Notes under the pieces: generated by a model
The model's input: only the letters and a program-made list of their open reading frames with translations
Told to the model about the DNA's origin: nothing
Databases searched by the model: none
Program-made: the position numbers and the translations under genes
Part shown: positions 26,533-35,822 of the stretch, piece by piece
How the letters are laid out: each line of letters begins with the position of its first letter
Numbering within the stretch: position 1 is the first letter of the stretch
Source of the DNA: Clostridia bacterium
Lineage (GTDB): Bacteria > Bacillota > Clostridia > RUG12999
Direction: 5' to 3'
Assembly: GCA_045580815.1 (NCBI GenBank)
Contig: JAZNOL010000048.1
Span: 49,357-113,356 of the forward strand
DNA length: 64,000 nucleotides

Positions 26533-29500
26533 ATGAGCAATTTTGTACATCTTCATACACATACAAAATACAGTCTTCTTGATGGAGCCTGTCATATAGA
26601 CGCACTTCTTGACAAGGTTAAAGAGCTGGGCATGGACGCTGTTGCAATAACCGACCACGGCAATATGTACGGAACAGTTGAGTTTTACGAAAAAGCGAGA
26701 AAACGGGGCATAAAACCGGTACTTGGCTGTGAAGTGTACACCGCACCGGGCGGCAGGCTCAACAAAAGCGGCAGAGCCGATGCAGAACCGGGCCATCTTG
26801 TGCTTCTGGCAGAAAATAACACCGGCTGGCACAACCTTCTTAAAATTGTGTCGGCAGGCTTTGTTGACGGATTTTATTATAAGCCCAGAATAGATACCGA
26901 AATTTTAAAACAGCACAGCGAGGGGATTATCTGCCTTTCTGCGTGTCTTGCAGGAGATATTCCACGAAGTATAAACGAGGGAAATATAGAAAAAGCCCGT
27001 AAATTCGTGCAGGAATACGTTGATATTTTCGGTAAAGAAAATTTCTTTATAGAATTGCAGGACCACGGCATTGAAGAACAGCGGCTTGTAAATCCGCATC
27101 TGATTTCTCTTGCAAAAGAATTTGGTCTGCAAATGGTTGTAACAAACGATATTCACTATGTTGAAAAATCCGACAGCGAAATGCAGGATATTCTGCTTTG
27201 TGTGCAGACCGGCAAAAAGGTTTCGGATGAGGATCGTATGCGTTTTTCAACAGAAGAATTTTATGTAAAATCTCCTGAAGAAATGGCGATGCTGTTTCCC
27301 AATCTGAAAGAAGTTTGCGAAAATACGGTTAAAATTGCCGACAGATGCAACGTTGAACTTGACATGGGCACGTTTCACCTGCCGAAATATGACGTTCCCG
27401 GCGGTCAGGACAGTTTCGAGTATCTTAAAAAACTGTGCTATGACGGTCTTAGAGCACGTTACGGTGATGATGCAAATTTACATAAAGAACGCCTTGACTA
27501 TGAGCTTGACACAATAAATAAAATGGGATATGTTGACTATTTTCTTATTGTATGGGATTTTATAAAATATGCGAAAGATAACGGAATTATGGTTGGTCCC
27601 GGTCGTGGCTCGGCGGCAGGAAGCATAGTTTCATATTGCCTTAAAATAACAGACATTGACCCAATAAAATACAGCCTCATTTTTGAGCGTTTTCTTAATC
27701 CGGAACGTATAAGTATGCCTGATATTGATATAGATTTCTGTATCGAACGCCGTGGCGAGGTTATAGAATATGTTCATCGGAAATACGGTGATGATAACGT
27801 GGCACAGATTATTGCATACGGCACAATGAAAGCCAAAAACTCTATACGTGACTGTGCCCGGGCACTTGATATTCCTTATGCTTTTGCGGATAAAATGGCA
27901 AAAATGATAGGCTTTGACCCCAAAGCCACAATCAGCGGTGCACTTGAAACAAACCCCGAATTCAAACAGCTTTATGATACAGACGAGGATGCAAAAAAGA
28001 CGATTGATTTAGCGGCTTCCCTTGAAGGCATGGTGCGCAACGTTTCGATTCATGCGGCAGGTGTTGTTATCTGCGGCAGACGTGTTGACGATTATATTCC
28101 GCTGTCACGCAGCGGCGACATCATAATAACCCAGTACGAAAAAGAAACCGTTGAAAAAATGGGTCTTCTTAAAATGGATTTTCTGGGACTGCGAAATCTC
28201 ACAATCATCCGGGATGCCCTCGCCATGATAAAACGTGATACAGGCGATGATATAGACCTTTTAAAAATTGATTATGATGTCAAAGAGGTTTTTGAGCTGA
28301 TTTCATCAGGCAATGTGGACGGCGTTTTCCAGCTTGAATCAAAGGGTATGCGAAACTTCATGACGGAGCTTAAACCTAAAAGCCTTGAAGACATAATCGC
28401 CGGAATTTCCCTGTTCCGTCCCGGTCCCATGGATCAGATTCCGGCATACATACGCAACAAAAACAATCCCGATAAAGTTGTTTATAAGCACGAGCTTTTA
28501 AAACCCATTCTTGAAGTAACTTACGGTTGTATGGTTTATCAGGAACAGGTTATGGAAATTGTGCGAAAACTTGCAGGATATTCTTTCGGACGTTCTGACC
28601 TTGTACGCCGTGCAATGAGCAAAAAGAAAGCTGATGTTATGGAAAAAGAACGGCAGTATTTTGTTCACGGCATAGTAAGCGAAAACGGCGAGATTGAGGT
28701 TGAAGGTGCTGTGCGCAGAGGCGTTGACGAAGCAACGGCAAACAGCATTTTTGACGAAATGATAAGCTTTGCGGAATATGCTTTCAACAAATCCCATGCG
28801 GCGTGCTATGCATATGTGGCGTATCAGACAGCATATCTTAAATATAAGTATCCGAAACAGTTTATGGCATCGCTGCTTTCCAGTGTTCTGTCAAACGCAG
28901 ATAAAATTTATCAGTACATAAATGATGCTCAGAGAATGGGCATAAAACTTCTGCCGCCCAGTCTTAACCGAAGTTTTGACGGCTTTACCGTTGACGGTGA
29001 TAACATCCGTTTCGGGCTCGGTGCAATCAAAAACGTGGGGCACAACGTTGTTATGGCTATAATTGAAGAACGCAAAAACGGTGAGTTTAAATCCTTTGAG
29101 GATTTTGCAACCCGTATGCAGGGTGGCGAGGTCAACAAACGCACCGTAGAGAGCTTTATCCGTGCAGGCGTGTTTGACGGAATGGGCAATACACGCAGTG
29201 AGCTTATGGGTGCGTACGAAAAGATTTTAGACGGTCTTGCAAACGAGCGGAAAGGCAACGCCGAAGGTCAGCTTTCGCTGTTCGGAGGTATGGAGGAAGA
29301 AAAACTGAACTTTGAAATTCCCAAAATAACCGAATACAGCCAGAAAGAACTGCTTGCAATGGAAAAAGAAATGCTGGGTATTTACGTTTCCGGGCATCCA
29401 CTTGACGGCTATAAACAGCTTCTTGATAAAATTCCTCACACAACAACGGCAGAAATTTCTCTTGCACAGGAAAATCCCGACGAAGCATCGGTTTGTGACG

Positions 29501-30102
29501 GTGATTATGTAACCGTTGTTGGAATTATCGGTGCACGAAGCGATAAGATGACAAAAAAAGGCTCAATGATGTCTTTTGTTACAGTCGAAGATGGTTTTTC
29601 AGGCGTTGAAGTCATTGTTTTTTCAGGACTTTTGGAAAACTGCAAACCGTTTCTGACTGTTGATACAGCGATAGTTGTTCAGGGTAAAATTGATATTAAC
29701 GAAACCAGGTGCAGTATAGTTGCTGATAATCTTTATATGCTTGACAGTGTAGATATAGGAGAACTTGAAAAGGGCAGAAACAGACAAAAACAGCCGTTAG
29801 GCTTTAATTCAAAACCGGCATCGTACGATGCACCGCCTGCTTCTGTAGCACAAAACGCAAAACCGGCAGAAAAAAGAAATATGCTGTATCTGCGGTTTGA
29901 ACTGGGAAAATATTTCCTTTTTGAACGGATAAACGAAATTTTGGCAAAATACCCCGGGAATGACGGTGTTTATATATTCAACGAGGAAACAGGTGCAAGG
30001 TTTGTTAAAACCGGGGGAGTAAGCTACGGAGAAAACCTCAGCAGTGAGCTTTCTGAAATTCTCGGTCAAAAGAATGTTGTGTTCAAACCAAAAAGCAATT
30101 AG
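26533..30102 (+). CDS. dnaE: DNA polymerase III subunit alpha (DnaE-type)
   Basis: N-terminal PHP domain (FVHLHTHTKYSLLDGA), polymerase core, OB-fold; 1189 aa. Confidence 0.95.
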   Translation: MSNFVHLHTHTKYSLLDGACHIDALLDKVKELGMDAVAITDHGNMYGTVEFYEKARKRGIKPVLGCEVYTAPGGRLNKSGRADAEPGHLVLLAENNTGWHNLLKIVSAGFVDGFYYKPRIDTEILKQHSEGIICLSACLAGDIPRSINEGNIEKARKFVQEYVDIFGKENFFIELQDHGIEEQRLVNPHLISLAKEFGLQMVVTNDIHYVEKSDSEMQDILLCVQTGKKVSDEDRMRFSTEEFYVKSPEEMAMLFPNLKEVCENTVKIADRCNVELDMGTFHLPKYDVPGGQDSFEYLKKLCYDGLRARYGDDANLHKERLDYELDTINKMGYVDYFLIVWDFIKYAKDNGIMVGPGRGSAAGSIVSYCLKITDIDPIKYSLIFERFLNPERISMPDIDIDFCIERRGEVIEYVHRKYGDDNVAQIIAYGTMKAKNSIRDCARALDIPYAFADKMAKMIGFDPKATISGALETNPEFKQLYDTDEDAKKTIDLAASLEGMVRNVSIHAAGVVICGRRVDDYIPLSRSGDIIITQYEKETVEKMGLLKMDFLGLRNLTIIRDALAMIKRDTGDDIDLLKIDYDVKEVFELISSGNVDGVFQLESKGMRNFMTELKPKSLEDIIAGISLFRPGPMDQIPAYIRNKNNPDKVVYKHELLKPILEVTYGCMVYQEQVMEIVRKLAGYSFGRSDLVRRAMSKKKADVMEKERQYFVHGIVSENGEIEVEGAVRRGVDEATANSIFDEMISFAEYAFNKSHAACYAYVAYQTAYLKYKYPKQFMASLLSSVLSNADKIYQYINDAQRMGIKLLPPSLNRSFDGFTVDGDNIRFGLGAIKNVGHNVVMAIIEERKNGEFKSFEDFATRMQGGEVNKRTVESFIRAGVFDGMGNTRSELMGAYEKILDGLANERKGNAEGQLSLFGGMEEEKLNFEIPKITEYSQKELLAMEKEMLGIYVSGHPLDGYKQLLDKIPHTTTAEISLAQENPDEASVCDGDYVTVVGIIGARSDKMTKKGSMMSFVTVEDGFSGVEVIVFSGLLENCKPFLTVDTAIVVQGKIDINETRCSIVADNLYMLDSVDIGELEKGRNRQKQPLGFNSKPASYDAPPASVAQNAKPAEKRNMLYLRFELGKYFLFERINEILAKYPGNDGVYIFNEETGARFVKTGGVSYGENLSSELSEILGQKNVVFKPKSN

Positions 30103-30193
30103 ATAAATTTTCTAAAAAAACAAGAATAAACAAAGTCAAATTTGTTTGAATTAATAAAAATTTGGAAATTTGTCGAAAAATATTGATAAATTC

Positions 30194-30222
30194 TTGACGA
30201 ATTTAAAATATTGTAATATAAT
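30194..30222 (+). promoter_or_regulatory. Sigma-A promoter for serC-serA
   Basis: TTGACG (30194-30199), 17-nt spacer, TATAAT (30217-30222). Confidence 0.7.
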
Positions 30223-30259
30223 ATAACTATATTTTATAAGAAAGTGGGATGTTTTTAAA

Positions 30260-31339
30260 ATGAATCGTGTTTATAATTTTTCAGCAGGCCCGTCAATGCT
30301 TCCCGAAGCAGTTCTTAAACAGGCACAGGAAGAAATGCTCTGCTATGGTGACAGCGGCATGTCCGTTATGGAAATGAGCCACCGTTCTCCGGTTTATGAT
30401 GCAATAATCAAAGAGGCAGAAAAAGACCTCCGTGAGCTCATGAATATTCCGGATAACTACAAAGTTCTTTTCCTTCAGGGTGGTGCTTCAACACAGTTTG
30501 CGGCAGTTCCGCTTAACCTTATGACTTCAGGCAAAGCTGATTATGTTGTTTCAGGTCAGTTCTCAAAAAAGGCTTATGAAGAAGCACAGAAATATGGCGA
30601 TGCTAAATGTATAGCAAGCTCAAAAGACAGAACATTTGCATATATTCCGACAATCACTCCCGATATGGTTCGTGAAGATGCTGACTATGTTCATGTTTGC
30701 TACAACAACACAATTTTTGGAACAAAATACCCGCAGGTTCCCAATGTAGGCGACAAAGTTCTTGTTGCAGATATGTCTTCATGTATCATTTCAGAACCTG
30801 TTGATGTTACAAAATTCGGTGTTATTTATGCCGGAGCACAGAAAAACATGGCTCCCGCAGGCCTCACAGTAGTTATCGTAAGAGAAGACCTTCTCGGCAA
30901 TTCACGTGAAGGAACTCCTACAATGCTCGATTACAAAACAATGGCTGACAATGATTCTATGTATAACACACCTCCGTGCTATGCAATTTACATTGCAGGT
31001 CGTGTGTATAAATGGATTCTCGGCCTCGGCGGTCTTGAAGAAATGAAAAAAATCAACGAACGCAAAGCTGCTGTTCTTTATGATTACCTTGATTCTTCAG
31101 AACTCTTCAAACCCTGTGCAGATAAAGAATTCCGTTCAATGATGAATGTTACTTTTGTTACAGGCAACGAAGACCTTGACAAAAAATTCTGTAAAGAAGC
31201 AGATGCTGCCGGTTTCAAAAACCTCAAAGGTCACCGCAGTGTTGGCGGCATGAGAGCAAGCATCTACAATGCAATGCCCGAAGAAGGCGTTAAAGCTCTT
31301 GTTGAATTCATGAAGGAATTTGAAAAAAACAATAAATAA
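30260..31339 (+). CDS. serC: 3-phosphoserine / phosphohydroxythreonine aminotransferase
   Basis: YNFSAGPSMLPEAVL N-terminus, GGASTQF and NLKGHRSVGGMRASIYNAMP motifs; 359 aa. Confidence 0.93.
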   Translation: MNRVYNFSAGPSMLPEAVLKQAQEEMLCYGDSGMSVMEMSHRSPVYDAIIKEAEKDLRELMNIPDNYKVLFLQGGASTQFAAVPLNLMTSGKADYVVSGQFSKKAYEEAQKYGDAKCIASSKDRTFAYIPTITPDMVREDADYVHVCYNNTIFGTKYPQVPNVGDKVLVADMSSCIISEPVDVTKFGVIYAGAQKNMAPAGLTVVIVREDLLGNSREGTPTMLDYKTMADNDSMYNTPPCYAIYIAGRVYKWILGLGGLEEMKKINERKAAVLYDYLDSSELFKPCADKEFRSMMNVTFVTGNEDLDKKFCKEADAAGFKNLKGHRSVGGMRASIYNAMPEEGVKALVEFMKEFEKNNK

Positions 31340-31354
31340 AAAGGATTGATATAA

Positions 31355-32518
31355 ATGTTTAAAATTAAACCGCTTAACAAAATCGCAAAATGCGGTCTTG
31401 ACATTTTCACAGACGGTTACACAATCGACGAAAATGAAGCAAATCCCGACGCCATAATCCTCCGTAGCTTCAATATGCACGAGATGGAACTTCCCGAATC
31501 CCTCAAAGCAGTTGCACGTGCAGGCGCAGGCGTTAACAATATTCCGATTGACAAATGCACAGAAAAAGGTATTGTTGTGTTCAACACACCCGGTGCAAAC
31601 GCAAACGCTGTTAAAGAACTTGTTATCATGGGTCTTTTCATGGCATCAAGAAAAGTTGCTCCCGCAATTGAATGGGCACAGACTCTCAAAGGCAACGGCA
31701 GCGAAGTAGGCAAAATGGTTGAAAAAGGCAAAGGACAGTTTGCCGGCCCCGAAATCAAAGGCAAAACTCTCGGTGTAATCGGTCTTGGTGCTATCGGTGT
31801 TATGGTTGCAAATGCGGCTTATCACCTTGGCATGGATGTTATCGGTTACGACCCCTATCTGTCAGTAAATGCCGCTTGGGAAATTTCACGTCACGTTGAA
31901 AAAGCAACAGACATTGCTGATATGATTTCAAAATGTGATTATATTTCACTTCATGTACCGCTTAACGACGGCACAAGAGGCATGATTAACAGCGACCTTC
32001 TTGCAAACGCAAAAGACGGTCTGCGTATCCTCAACTTCGCACGTGGCGAGCTTGTTGATACTCCCAGCCTTCTTGCGGCTCTTGAAAGCGGCAAAGTTGC
32101 AAGCTACGTTACGGACTTCCCCAGTGACGAAGTTATCGGCGTAGAAAACGTTATTGCAATTCCTCACCTCGGTGCTTCAACTCCCGAATCAGAAGACAAC
32201 TGTGCAACAATGGCAGCGGCTCAGCTGGTTGATTTCCTTGAAAACGGTAACATCAAAAATTCCGTTAACTTCCCGGAATGCAGTATGCCCATGTCAGGCA
32301 GTCACCGCCTTGCAATCGCTCACAAAAACGTTCAGGGCATTATCAGCACAGTTACATCGCTTCTTTCAGAGTGTGGCATTAACATCGAAAATATGATGAA
32401 CAAATCAAAGAAAGATGTTGCTTACACACTTCTTGATGTTTGTGCAGATATTTCTGATGACGTTGTTGCAAAAATCTCAGCGCTTGACGATGTGCTTCAC
32501 GTTACACTTATTAAATAA
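31355..32518 (+). CDS. serA: D-3-phosphoglycerate dehydrogenase (with C-terminal ACT domain)
   Basis: D-2-hydroxyacid dehydrogenase NAD motif GVIGLGAIGVMVA, PHLGAST, C-terminal ACT-like segment; adjacent to serC. Confidence 0.88.
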   Translation: MFKIKPLNKIAKCGLDIFTDGYTIDENEANPDAIILRSFNMHEMELPESLKAVARAGAGVNNIPIDKCTEKGIVVFNTPGANANAVKELVIMGLFMASRKVAPAIEWAQTLKGNGSEVGKMVEKGKGQFAGPEIKGKTLGVIGLGAIGVMVANAAYHLGMDVIGYDPYLSVNAAWEISRHVEKATDIADMISKCDYISLHVPLNDGTRGMINSDLLANAKDGLRILNFARGELVDTPSLLAALESGKVASYVTDFPSDEVIGVENVIAIPHLGASTPESEDNCATMAAAQLVDFLENGNIKNSVNFPECSMPMSGSHRLAIAHKNVQGIISTVTSLLSECGINIENMMNKSKKDVAYTLLDVCADISDDVVAKISALDDVLHVTLIK

Positions 32519-32546
32519 TTAAATTTTTAACAAAGTTTCAGCAAAG

Positions 32547-32572
32547 CCCGTACACTACCTGTACGGGTTTTG
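32547..32572 (+). terminator. Rho-independent terminator of serA
   Basis: CCCGTACA-CTACC-TGTACGGG-TTTT. Confidence 0.75.
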
Positions 32573-32607
32573 TTATGAAAGTGAAACTATAGCAGAAAGG
32601 TTCCGCT

Positions 32608-33972
32608 ATGCTTGAAAAAAATAAAATTTACCGTGCAGAAATAACTTCATACGGCGCAGATGGCGAAGGCGTTTGCCGCATAGACGGCATGGCGGTTTTT
32701 GTGCCCTTTGCGGCAGTAGGCGATATCGCTGACATAAAAATATTGAAAGTGCTTAAAAATCATGCTTTCGGTAAAATAGAAAATTTATTAACTCCGTCAA
32801 ATGGCAGACAGATGCCTGTGTGTGATGTTTACGGCAAATGTGGCGGATGTAATATAATGCATCTTTGCTATGATGCACAGCTAAATTTTAAACATAAAAA
32901 GGTTGAAGACTGTATTCGCCGCATTGCAAAGGACGATGCAGAAATTCTGCCTGTAATCGGTAGTAAAAAAACAGAAAAATACAGAAATAAACTGCAAATT
33001 CCCGTTTGCCGTGATAAAGACGGCAAAACAGTTTTCGGATTTTACAGACCTCATAGCCATGATGTTGTAAACGCCGGAAACTGCATTATTCAAAACGATA
33101 TTTCGAAAGAAATTTTAAAAGAAATTTCCGGATGGATGGAAAATGAAAATATAACTCCTTACGATGAACAAACGCATACAGGAGTTTTGCGACATGTTTA
33201 TATGCGCTTTGGTGAAAAAACGGGGGATATTATGGTTTGCCTCGTAGTAAACACAAAAAATCTTCCGGATAGCAAAATTCTTGAAACTAATTTGAAAAAA
33301 ATCGGCGTGACAACGCTTTTATATAATATAAATACAGAAAAAACAAATGTCGTATTAGGCAAAAAAACAGTAAAAATTTGCGGCACAGGCACAATAACCG
33401 ATGTTCTGTGCGGAAACGAATTTGAAATTTCGCCCGAAAGTTTTTATCAGATAAACCGTGACCAGACTGAAATTCTTTATGAAACAGCAATGAAAATGGC
33501 AGAAATTTCAAAAGAAGATACAGTTTTTGACCTTTACTGCGGTGCAGGCACAATTTCACTTTGTGCATCAAAATATGCAGGTAAGGTCGTAGGTATAGAA
33601 ATTGTTGAAAAAGCCGTAGAAAACGCAAAGAAAAACGCAGAAAGAAATAATGTGAAAAATGCAGAGTTTTATTGCGGCGATGCAGGTAAAACCGTAGAAA
33701 TCCTTTATAACCGGGGTGTAAAACCCGACGTGATAATTGTTGACCCACCACGTAAAGGCTGTGATAATAAAACGATTGAATTGCTTGCACAGTCGGATGC
33801 AAAACGGATTGTCTATGTTTCCTGTAACCCGGCAACTCTCGCACGTGATATTGCACTTCTTAAAGAAAAAGGCTTTAAACTTCAAAAAGTCCAGCCTGTC
33901 GATTTGTTTCCGCAGACGGCACACGTTGAAAGTGTCGCTTTGCTTACACTTTCAACAACTAAGTTTGCCTGA
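32608..33972 (+). CDS. rlmD: 23S rRNA (uracil-5-)-methyltransferase RumA/RlmD family
   Basis: N-terminal TRAM domain, Fe-S Cys cluster (CDVYGKCGGCNIMHLC), SAM motifs (DLYCGAGTISL, VDPPRKG) and the catalytic YVSCNPATLARD. Confidence 0.9.
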   Translation: MLEKNKIYRAEITSYGADGEGVCRIDGMAVFVPFAAVGDIADIKILKVLKNHAFGKIENLLTPSNGRQMPVCDVYGKCGGCNIMHLCYDAQLNFKHKKVEDCIRRIAKDDAEILPVIGSKKTEKYRNKLQIPVCRDKDGKTVFGFYRPHSHDVVNAGNCIIQNDISKEILKEISGWMENENITPYDEQTHTGVLRHVYMRFGEKTGDIMVCLVVNTKNLPDSKILETNLKKIGVTTLLYNINTEKTNVVLGKKTVKICGTGTITDVLCGNEFEISPESFYQINRDQTEILYETAMKMAEISKEDTVFDLYCGAGTISLCASKYAGKVVGIEIVEKAVENAKKNAERNNVKNAEFYCGDAGKTVEILYNRGVKPDVIIVDPPRKGCDNKTIELLAQSDAKRIVYVSCNPATLARDIALLKEKGFKLQKVQPVDLFPQTAHVESVALLTLSTTKFA

Positions 33973-33978
33973 CGGCAA

Positions 33979-34124
33979 GTGAAGTTATCTTCGATAGTGA
34001 AGTTTACCGCGTAAGTGAAGTTTCGCCTACGGCGAAGTATTTTGGCAAACTTAACTTTACTTTGTACAGAGTACAAAACTTCACTGCGTAGGCAACTTCA
34101 CTTTTGCGATAGCAAAAACTTCAC
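33979..34124. repeat. Iteron-like array: 3 direct GTGAAGTT boxes facing 3 inverted AACTTCAC boxes around a central palindrome
   Basis: GTGAAGTT at 33979, 33997 and 34015 (18-nt period). AACTTCAC at 34077, 34094 and 34117. Centre TTTGTAC-AGA-GTACAAA (34061-34077). The sub-motif GCCTACG/CGTAGGC is also mirrored. Confidence 0.8.
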
Positions 34125-34139
34125 AGAAAGGATATTCTT

Positions 34140-34496
34140 ATGAAAGATTCAGAACTCAGAACACGTGCAAAAGCCCTTGCTCTTAAAATTATATCTGTAT
34201 GTGATGAAATTGATACTCGTAAAGGTAGAAGTGTTCTTGTAAATTAAATAATTAGAAGTGCTACATCAGTTGGTGCAAATATACACGAAGCAAATTATGC
34301 TTCAAGTAAAGCTGATTTTATCAATAAATTTCACATCGCACTTAAAGAATGTATTGAAACTGAATATTGGATGGAAATGCTTGTGGGTTCAAAGTGCATT
34401 ACAGAGGAGGTTTCAAAAGAACTTCTGCAGGAATGCGGTGTTATAAGACGTATGCTTGTAAAGTCAATAAATACAGCAAAAGGTAATACAGAATAA
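34140..34496 (+). pseudogene. Four-helix-bundle protein gene (23S rRNA IVS protein / Avd-like family) with an in-frame TAA
   Basis: Translation: MKDSELRTRAKALALKIISVCDEIDTRKGRSVLVN*IIRSATSVGANIHEANYASSKADFINKFHIALKECIETEYWMEML... The TAA at 34245-34247 replaces the family's conserved Gln (…Q-L/I-x-RSxxSxxANIxEG…). RBS AGAAAGGA precedes ATG 34140. Confidence 0.75.
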
Positions 34497-34635
34497 TTGA
34501 AAGAGAGAATTATATTAATCTATCGAATTATTATAAACAACCTAATTACTTAAGGTATACAACAAATAATGATTGTAAAATTAAAACAACGTTATAACAA
34601 ACACTACGCGAAATCATAAAGTGTTATGCCATTAA

Positions 34636-35171
34636 CGAGAAGGGGGAATTTGGAATGAAATTTTAAAACTTGCTGAAATGAGTTTGAATCTGAATCGTAA
34701 TTTTACAAATGAGGAATTATTTGAAGAAATTGAACGGATTTGGATATTACTTGGTCGCCAACCTACCACAAGTGATATTAAAAGTGGTATTTCAAAATTT
34801 TCTTTGAATAGCTTTGCACGTAGATTCGGCAGTTGGCGTGGTGCGTTACAGATGTTTGTCGATTATATTAATAACGACAATATAGTTCTTAAAAATGATG
34901 AAAGTGAAAAGCAAAGCTTAAAACAAAGAGGAATGTAAACATATCTGTACAGCATGCAACAAAAAGAGATGTTAACCTAAAACTTCGTTTTTTGGTTATG
35001 CAAAGAGATAATTTCAAATGCTGTGCCTGCGGTGCATCTCCAGCAAAGGACCCATCTGTAGAATTACACATAGACCATATTGTTCCTTGGTCAAAGGGTG
35101 GAGAAACCGTGATTGAAAATTTACAAACTCTTTGTTCAAAATGCAATTTAGGGAAAAGCGATACAGTTTAA
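34636..35171 (+). pseudogene. HNH endonuclease with homing-endonuclease-associated repeat, split by a frameshift
   Basis: Frame A (to the stop at 34936-34938): ...FTNEELFEEIERIWILLGRQPTTSDIKSGISKFSLNSFARRFGSWRGALQMF (HNH-associated repeat). Frame A-1, open from 34908 to the stop at 35169-35171: ...RDVNLKLRFLVMQRDNFKCCACGASPAKDPSVELHIDHIVPWSKGGETVIENLQTLCSKCNLGKSD (HNH motif). The switch must lie in the A-rich 34908-34938. No convincing start codon exists for the upstream end either. Confidence 0.75.
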
Positions 35172-35223
35172 TTGATTGTTTCAAGGTACTACTCAACAAG
35201 CAATTTTTGTAGCGAGGGACAAA

Positions 35224-35790
35224 ATGACTAAACACAAAAAAAGTGGCTCTGCCATATTCATGTACTGTGTTATTGCGATTACGGCAATAACAGCTACGAT
35301 ATGTTTTTGCCTGTATTATGCTGAATTTGACGAAAGCAAAGCAGTTTTATGGACAGGAATAACCGCATTTACAATTATGTATCATCTGTGGATACGCATT
35401 ATCATGGGCAACGTTACAAAGCTGTTTAAAATAAATTACAACCAGCGGTGGTTTAAAGAAAAATCTTTTGAGAAAAAACTTTATGAATTACTTAAAGTAA
35501 AACGGTGGAAAGACAAGGCGCTTACATACAATCCGGAGCTTTTTTCACTGAAAAACTATTCCTTTGAAGATATTGCAAACACCATGTCAAAAGCAGAAAC
35601 CGACCACTGGATAAACGAGATTATTTCTCTTACAACACTAGGTTTTGCCGCTATTTGGGGACAACTTCCCATATTTTTAATAACAGCGATTGCGGCAATG
35701 CTTTTTGATGCACAGTTTATTGTGATACAAAGATACAACAGACCAAGAATATTAAAAATTTCAAAAAAACGACAAAAAATTAAAAGCTGA
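35224..35790 (+). CDS. Membrane protein, glycosyl-4,4'-diaponeurosporenoate acyltransferase (CrtO-like) family
   Basis: ATG 35224 follows GAGGGA. The pattern RWFKEKSFEKKLYELLKVKRWKDK...ETDHWINEIISL...FIVIQRYNRPR matches my memory of this family's signature. Its function in a non-carotenogenic anaerobe is unknown. Confidence 0.6.
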   Translation: MTKHKKSGSAIFMYCVIAITAITATICFCLYYAEFDESKAVLWTGITAFTIMYHLWIRIIMGNVTKLFKINYNQRWFKEKSFEKKLYELLKVKRWKDKALTYNPELFSLKNYSFEDIANTMSKAETDHWINEIISLTTLGFAAIWGQLPIFLITAIAAMLFDAQFIVIQRYNRPRILKISKKRQKIKS

Positions 35791-35822
35791 TTATGTATAG
35801 GGGTTATACAGGGGGCAAAAAA

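Noticed and set aside
33973-35175. Possibility that the Avd-like four-helix-bundle gene marks a diversity-generating retroelement (with WG-repeat genes as variable targets).
   Set aside because: No reverse transcriptase ORF and no template/variable repeat pair with A-specific mismatches is visible anywhere in the 64 kb. The gene itself carries a stop codon. The idea is unsupported by the sequence.
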